Translations under genes and position numbers: made by a program
The notes under the pieces: generated by a model
The model's input: only the letters and a program-made list of their open reading frames with translations
What the model was told of the DNA's origin: nothing
The model's database searches: none
Shown: piece after piece, positions 56,621 through 62,799 of the stretch
How the letters are laid out: every line of letters begins with the position of its first letter
Numbering within the stretch: the first letter of the stretch is position 1
Origin: Octopus bimaculoides
Taxonomy: Eukaryota
Reading direction: 5' to 3'
DNA length: 62,799 nucleotides
Assembly (NCBI RefSeq): GCF_001194135.2
Contig: NC_068983.1
Location: 146,863,879 to 146,926,677, forward strand

Positions 56621-56626
56621 TTTATT
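56621..56626 (-). promoter_or_regulatory. Candidate AATAAA poly(A) signal of the serine protease
   Basis: TTTATT on + about 350 nt past the stop codon; AT-rich context makes a chance match plausible. Confidence 0.25.
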
Positions 56627-56977
56627 TTAAAGTTAATGTTCATTATAATTTTTTTTCAGCTAATTAATTGCATTTGTTTGAAAGTATTTATATGCAAATC
56701 AATTTTTCAATTTAAGACTTAATAAATCTGCAATTAATATAACGAAATTACAAAAATACACTTGTATATTTAAACTTAGAATAGATGTGGATAAACAAAA
56801 CTTATAGAATTAAAAGGAAGCAAGCAGTGAATAAGATACAAATTTAAGTCATCGGGTAATATTTGATAATTATTGTAGGATTAAGCAGTTAATGAAATCA
56901 GTTTAGTTTAAGTAGAAATCGATTTAGTTTAAGTACAAAATAATTTTGAACATTGTAAGAGATATTTTGTATGGAAT

Positions 56978-57145
56978 TTATACATATACATATTTCTTAA
57001 TCCATTCTAATCCGTGATAAACAGAAGAATATCCTGCTGGATGTGACACAGTGCTTCTACAGTCCCACGCAACAAAGCTGGAAACACCTTGCACCTCCCA
57101 TTGACCATAGTCATTGCGTGTTTGAAATGGGCCTCCACTGTCACC
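56978..57145 (-). CDS. S1 serine protease, terminal exon: GDSGGPFQTRNDYGQWEVQGVSSFVAWDCRSTVSHPAGYSSVYHGLEWIKKYVYV*
   Basis: Minus strand: attctttcctAG acceptor, phase 0, opening on the catalytic GDSGGP motif; TAA at 56980-56978; 55 aa, below the ORF-track cut-off. Confidence 0.95.
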   Translation of the reverse strand, partial: GDSGGPFQTRNDYGQWEVQGVSSFVAWDCRSTVSHPAGYSSVYHGLEWIKKYVYV

Positions 57146-58309
57146 CTAGGAAAGAATAAAAAATTAAAGATATTTAAAAATCATTACAAAACTAAAAAAA
57201 ATGATTAGATAACACAGTGTAACACAATTTTTTTCCTTGCACAGTAACTGTTATTTCTTATTTGCTCACACCTAGAAAGTATGAAAAATGGCTAATGTTT
57301 CCTTCAAACTTTGCTTTTGGTACATTTCTTCAAGCCCAGCCCCAGAGAATCCCGTTCAACACATGGTTGTGATTCTACCCTACTACTCTCACTCATGATC
57401 AGAGATGCATGTATTGTCAGCCACTAATGCTGACAATTGTCAGGCACTTGAGCTCAAGTGGTTAAGATCAAGCAACTGAAAAGAAAATCTGTAGTATTGA
57501 ACAGAATGTTTGTTATAACGATATTTCTGCTTCAGCAACTCAGCATTGAATCTGTCTGAAATGTAATGGAAAATAAGTCAGTTTCAGAACATTGATGTCT
57601 TGGTCAAAAAAAGCGAAGTATCAAGGGAATAGTAGTCATTTACTTCGATTTCTAGATAGAAGGAAATAGGAAATAACACTTACTGAACACAGATACAAAA
57701 AATAATTTTTTTTTTTACATAGCGTAATGGATATAAGACATTAATGCATCCATCATCATCATCATCGTCGTCGTTATCGTCGTCATTTCAACATCCATTT
57801 TTCCATGCATGCGTGGGTCTGATAGAGGTTATTGAATGATTTTTAAAACCAAATGCCTTTTCTATTGCCAAATCTAACCTGTTTTCCTAGCAACATATTT
57901 TCCCACGCTCAGACATTGATTTTGCAGAATATTGGAAATAAATGACATTCATTAAGAACATTCGTGTGATGTCAAGACAAGGAGATGCTTACACTGACAC
58001 ACATATATATGTTTGCTTCCATCTAAAATGTATATATATTCATTTCTTTATTGCCCACAAGCAAAGGATGAAAGGCAAAATTGACCTCGGCGAAATTTGA
58101 ACTCAGAAAGTTACGGCAGACGAAATACCGCTAGACATTTTGCCCGGCGTGCTAACGATTCTGCCAGCTCGCCGCCCTACAATGTATTTATATGTGTGTG
58201 TGTGCGTGTGTGTGTGTCTGTCTGTCTGTCTGTGTGTTTGTGTGTATATATAAACTTACTTGGAAATGAATGCGTCGCATTCATTAAATAAATAATATAT
58301 TATATATAT

Positions 58310-59705
58310 ACATATACATGCATATTTGGGTACAGGGCTTCACCAATGGTGCGAATAACATGAAATACGTAAACAAACGAGTGAAATACGTAAACAACGA
58401 AAAAAAAAGAGTAAAGAACAGGACAAGTAGCCACAGAGAAAAGACCCTTCATCTTTCGTCGGCTGTCTACCTACTCGTCATTTCGAGCATTCAACGACAA
58501 TATGAATCTTCAAAGACAATTGCTCTCATAAATTCTGAAATAAAATTTAGGATTTATGGAGGATCAAATTTGGGAGCAAAACATGACAGTGGCGACATAC
58601 AAGGACACCGATTGAAAAAAAAAAAAAAAAACATGGAGGGTCGTTAACCCGAAGTGAGAGGAAAATAGTGAATACTGGGAGAAACATTTTTTGAAAACAG
58701 AAAAGATAGAAGCGAGAAAGAAAAAAATCCACGTCTGCTCTTTAGAACGCCTGTGCAGGAAAAGAAGGTCATGTAAGGAAAAGAAAGATGGACGATGGTC
58801 ATGTGTGAGCAACGAGAGAGAGAGAGAGAGGGGGGAGAGAGAGACAACTAGAAAACGGTGAAGGCGGGAGGGGGAGAAAATGGGAATTAGAGAAGGTTGG
58901 AGGAAGAAAATAGTATGGAATAGAGAGTTGTATCAATAAAGGTTAAGATAAACTTACTTGAAAATGGATGCGTTGCGTTCAATTAAATAATATATTGTTT
59001 ATTATTTACTTGAACACGACGCATCCATTTCCAAGTAAGCTTATCTTCACCTTCTTGATGTCACTTTCTACTCTATACTGTTTTCTTCCTCTATCCTTCT
59101 CTAATTGCTTTTTTCTCCTCCTCCCTCCTCCACCGTTTTCTACCTGTTTCTCTCTCACTCCCCTGTTTCTCTTTTTATCTGCACTCTCTCGTTGTTCACG
59201 CGTGAACATCGTCCATCTTTCTTTTCCTTGTGAGACCATCCTTCTTTTCCTGCACGGACGTTCAAAAGAACGGACGTGTTTGCTCTCTCTCCCCCTCTCT
59301 CTTTCTCTTCTACTTTTCTTTTTTCAAAAAAATGTTTCCCAGCGTTCTCTATTGTCCTATCGTTCTGGTCTAACAACCCTTCATGTTTCTTTTCGTTCGG
59401 TTCCCATGTATGTTTCCACTGTCATGTTTTTGTTCCCAACTTTGACCCTCCATAAATCCTAAATTTTGTTTTAGAATTTATGGGAGCAACTGTCTTTGAA
59501 GACTTATATTGTTGTTGAATGTTCGAAATGAAGAGTAGATAGACAACCGACAACTGATGAAGGATTCTTTCTCTGTGCTTACTGGTCCTGTTCTCCATTT
59601 TTTTAATGTCGTTGTTTACATTTTTCACCCGTTTTCCCTCGTTTGTTTACGCATTTCATGTTATTTGCACCGTTGGTTTCGTCCTGTACCAATATATGCA
59701 TATAT
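58310..59705. repeat. Tail-to-tail inverted pair of a ~690 bp repeat (about 1.4 kb fold-back)
   Basis: 58310-58990 mirrors 58995-59705; related partial copies at 59880-59985 and 62500-62790. Confidence 0.8.
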
Positions 59706-59753
59706 ATATATGTGTGTATGTGTGTGTGCATGTGTGTGTGTGTATGTGTGTGT

Positions 59754-59790
<37 letters not shown>

Positions 59791-61274
59791 AAAGTAAATG
59801 CAGTATAAGGAAAGGAAAAAAATTATAAGTGTAGACAAAATTTAATTCATAATCTAAGCTGATAAGCAATATACATTCTAAAAATTGTTTCGGAGTCTAA
59901 TTAATTCCATTTCTTTCTCGTTTACGTATTTCGTGTTATTTGCACCATTGGTAATGCCCTGTACTCATAAATGCATGTATTGGTGGACTTGGATGTTTGA
60001 CATCCTTTGAAGGATTTCGGTCCTCACCATATATACATATATATATATATATATTATCAGTTTCAGCTGAAAGCTGTGGCCATGCAGGGGCACCGCCGTT
60101 TTGCTACACTGTTATAATTGAGAGCCTCCTCTGATATGTGGCATTTGGTCAATAAGGGAGCTTGATGTCGCTGACCTCATTTGCGCCTCTTGCCGTGAGG
60201 TAGGTTCATCTGGGTCTTTCAACAGGAAAAGATTGAGGTTTGTTTTGAAAGCGACTACATCTACTTTGTGTAGGACTTTTGAATACCTCTGAAATGAAAG
60301 TTCCCTTAATTGATAAACAAGAAGAAATCCTGCCCCAAATACTGTCCTGTCTAAACTTTGTTAGTTTGGAAATATGAGCATTCAACAAATGAATGAATAT
60401 AATTTTATCTTTCTCATTTGACGTCGTTTAGCTTTAGATCAGTCTTGATCAAACAGACTTCAGTTCAAAGAAATTCCGACTGTGACCATCTTGATTTCTT
60501 TTCAGACATCATTGTATCATCACATTAACCAATGTGTTCTTCCTTTTTTTAAGATGGTAAGGCGTGATCTGAGGGTGATATGGTAGTTAATTCCAGAAGG
60601 TCTAATGATCATATGGTTCCTTCTTGTCTTATACAAACTGACTTTCATTTGCTTTTCTCAGTAGTTCCTGCAAGTTACCACTATTTATTGACAATACAAT
60701 GTTCAGTTCTGTCTACTCCATTCTAAACAATATTTCAGTTTCTTAAACATGCATTATTCATTCAGCATTTTCTCATCAAGTCAGTGATGAAACCCATCCA
60801 CAGTAGTTTAGTCTGTGAGAAGTAGTAACTAAACTACCCTCAAATCAGACCCAACTACTTGAAAAAAAGAAGAAAACATAGGCAGCAATTTGAAAGGAGG
60901 GGCAAGTTGATTATGATGACACCAGTACTTGACTGGTACTTAATTTATTGATCTTGAAAGGATGAAAGGCAAAGTTGACCATGGCAGAATTTCAACACAG
61001 AATGTAAAGGTGTATGAAATGCCACTAAGCATTTTGTCTGGCATGCTAACAAGTCTGCTAGCTTGCTGCTTTACATAGAGAGATAATGATGTCTGAGATG
61101 ACTTGATAGCTTAAAAATAGTTAGTATGATTAGGTCCTGTATACTCATTCTGTGCAGACCTACTAATCAATAGCATCAACTCTACATTTGTGTATTAGAA
61201 TTAAGAAGGTCCATTAGAAGTTACTTAATTCCTTCTTTGATACAAGTTGTATGAGAGAATAGAAAATTACTTAC

Positions 61275-61408
61275 AAAACAGATTGGTGAATAAAAGTCTT
61301 TATTATTGCCACATATTACAGCCTCTGTGATGCTTGGGAAATACTTTTTGCAGTTATGATACTCTACAATTTCATTTTTGACTTCTTGTAAAGTAAATAC
61401 GCTTTCAT
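61275..61408 (-). CDS. S1 (chymotrypsin-family) serine protease, penultimate exon: DESVFTLQEVKNEIVEYHNCKKYFPSITEAVICGNNKDFYSPICF
   Basis: Minus strand: ttttcatttaattttcAG acceptor, TGTTTT|GTAAGT donor; 134 nt, phase 1/0. The TLQEV..C..IC..C pattern is typical of the S1 segment before Ser195. Confidence 0.92.
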
Positions 61409-61776
61409 CTGAAAATTAAATGAAAACAGAAAGAAAATCATTCACCATAACATTTTAAATTTGATTTAATTGTTCAAGACAAAGAAAACTGAGAGGAAAA
61501 AATATGTTTCTGTAATACTTGGAATATAATTCCCAATGCATCTAAAATTTAAATGCTGAAAAACGAATTTATATATAAGGGCATGATAGCCTTAGGAAGG
61601 GCATCCAGCTGTAGAAACTTTGCCAGATCAGCCTGGAGTCTGGTGCAGCCTCCAGGCTTGCCAGACCACAGTCAAACAGTCCAACTCATGATAGCATGGA
61701 ATGCAGACGTTAAACGATGATGATGATACATACATATATACATACATACATATATATGTTTGTATGTATGTATGTT

Positions 61777-61813
<37 letters not shown>

Positions 61814-62799
61814 GTATATATATATGTGTGTGAGAGAAAAAGAATCTGCCTATTGTGGATCCAATAGAAGGGCCGGCAATCCAAATAGACAGTAACATAG
61901 CAGATATGACTACATTGAGTGAACACATAGAGAGAGATGTGCAGATAATATCCAACCAAACTTCACAGTTTTTCTCCATCTACCATTGCAAAGAAACAAT
62001 TTCTCTACAAGAACAGTTGAATAAGGAAAATTTATTTTTCGAAAAATACAGAACATGTCTAAATATGAACGCATAACCAACTTTGATCGTAGGATATATT
62101 TCAATTCATGATTACATACCCATCACTGTACATATTTCATCCCACTACTTTTGCTTTTGAGTTTTTCGTATATATATTATCCTCTCCCAGAATGATGAGC
62201 AATAATCTCCCCTGTCCCCAATAATAACAATCACCAATTACTTCCCCTTAGATTATTCTATTTGTTGAATCATTCATTCATAAGCTTCTCCACACACATG
62301 GACGAAAATCTGAAGAAAATACGAAATTACAATAATTTCGATGTCATGATTTGCGAAAGCGAAACCAGTCAACAAACACAATACTCTTTCACTTACAAAA
62401 GATATTAAAAAAATATACTAAAACTATGTAAATTGTGTGCATTTTACTTCTTTTATTTTATATTTTATATTTTTTGCATTAGAACTCACCACGTGAGGAT
62501 AATCGAAATTTTCCTCCTCCTTTTTTGTTATGATCCAAATTTTATTTAATTTGCTTTGCAGGAGCAACTGTTTTATCGAAAATGTATATTGTTGTTAAAT
62601 GCTCGAAGTACGAGACTAGAAAAACAGCCAGCAACTGATTAAGGATCGTTGTTTATGTTGTTTGTTTTGTTTTCCATTTGTGTCTTTCGTTGTTCGAAAG
62701 AATAGTTCATGTTCCATGTACTCGTGCTTAGTACTTTTTTGTTGTACACGTTTCATGACGTCCCGTGCCCACATATGCATATATATATATATATATATA

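Noticed and set aside
59515-59570. GAAA...CTGATGA in permuted order, resembling a type II hammerhead (similar at 38560-38610 minus and 62595-62650)
   Set aside because: Partial stem II complementarity, but I could not find an NUH triplet with stems I and III.
61855-62076. 73-aa ORF MDPIEGPAIQIDSN...
   Set aside because: The start resembles an RTE LINE segment fused to unrelated sequence; it lies antisense within the protease's upstream intron and has no splice support.

Overview
AT-rich, repeat-dense animal genomic DNA with assembly gaps. The repeat families and microsatellite load suggest an octopus/coleoid cephalopod; this is inference. Two convergent spliced genes can be rebuilt by hand. 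(1) BCAS3 on the + strand: 12 complete phase-compatible GT-AG exons between 522 and 27824, plus a 13th starting at 33013 and running into an N-gap. (2) The last two exons of a chymotrypsin/elastase-like S1 serine protease on the - strand (61408-61275 and 57145-56978; CF|GDSGGP), which the ORF track misses. Introns and intergenic DNA hold RTE and R4/Dong-like LINE 3' ends, tRNA-derived SINEs, Tc1/mariner elements, a Gypsy pol remnant with a probable LTR, and a Penelope-like fragment. The most unusual content is: five hammerhead-ribozyme motifs, including an intact one at 39331-39395 and a head-to-head palindrome of a tRNA-headed, hammerhead-tailed SINE at 35004-35494; a ~13 kb CpG-rich (TTCG/TACG) satellite that starts at a DINE-1/HINE-like hairpin plus inverted-repeat head and switches polarity three times at self-complementary tracts; and several long fold-back repeats.
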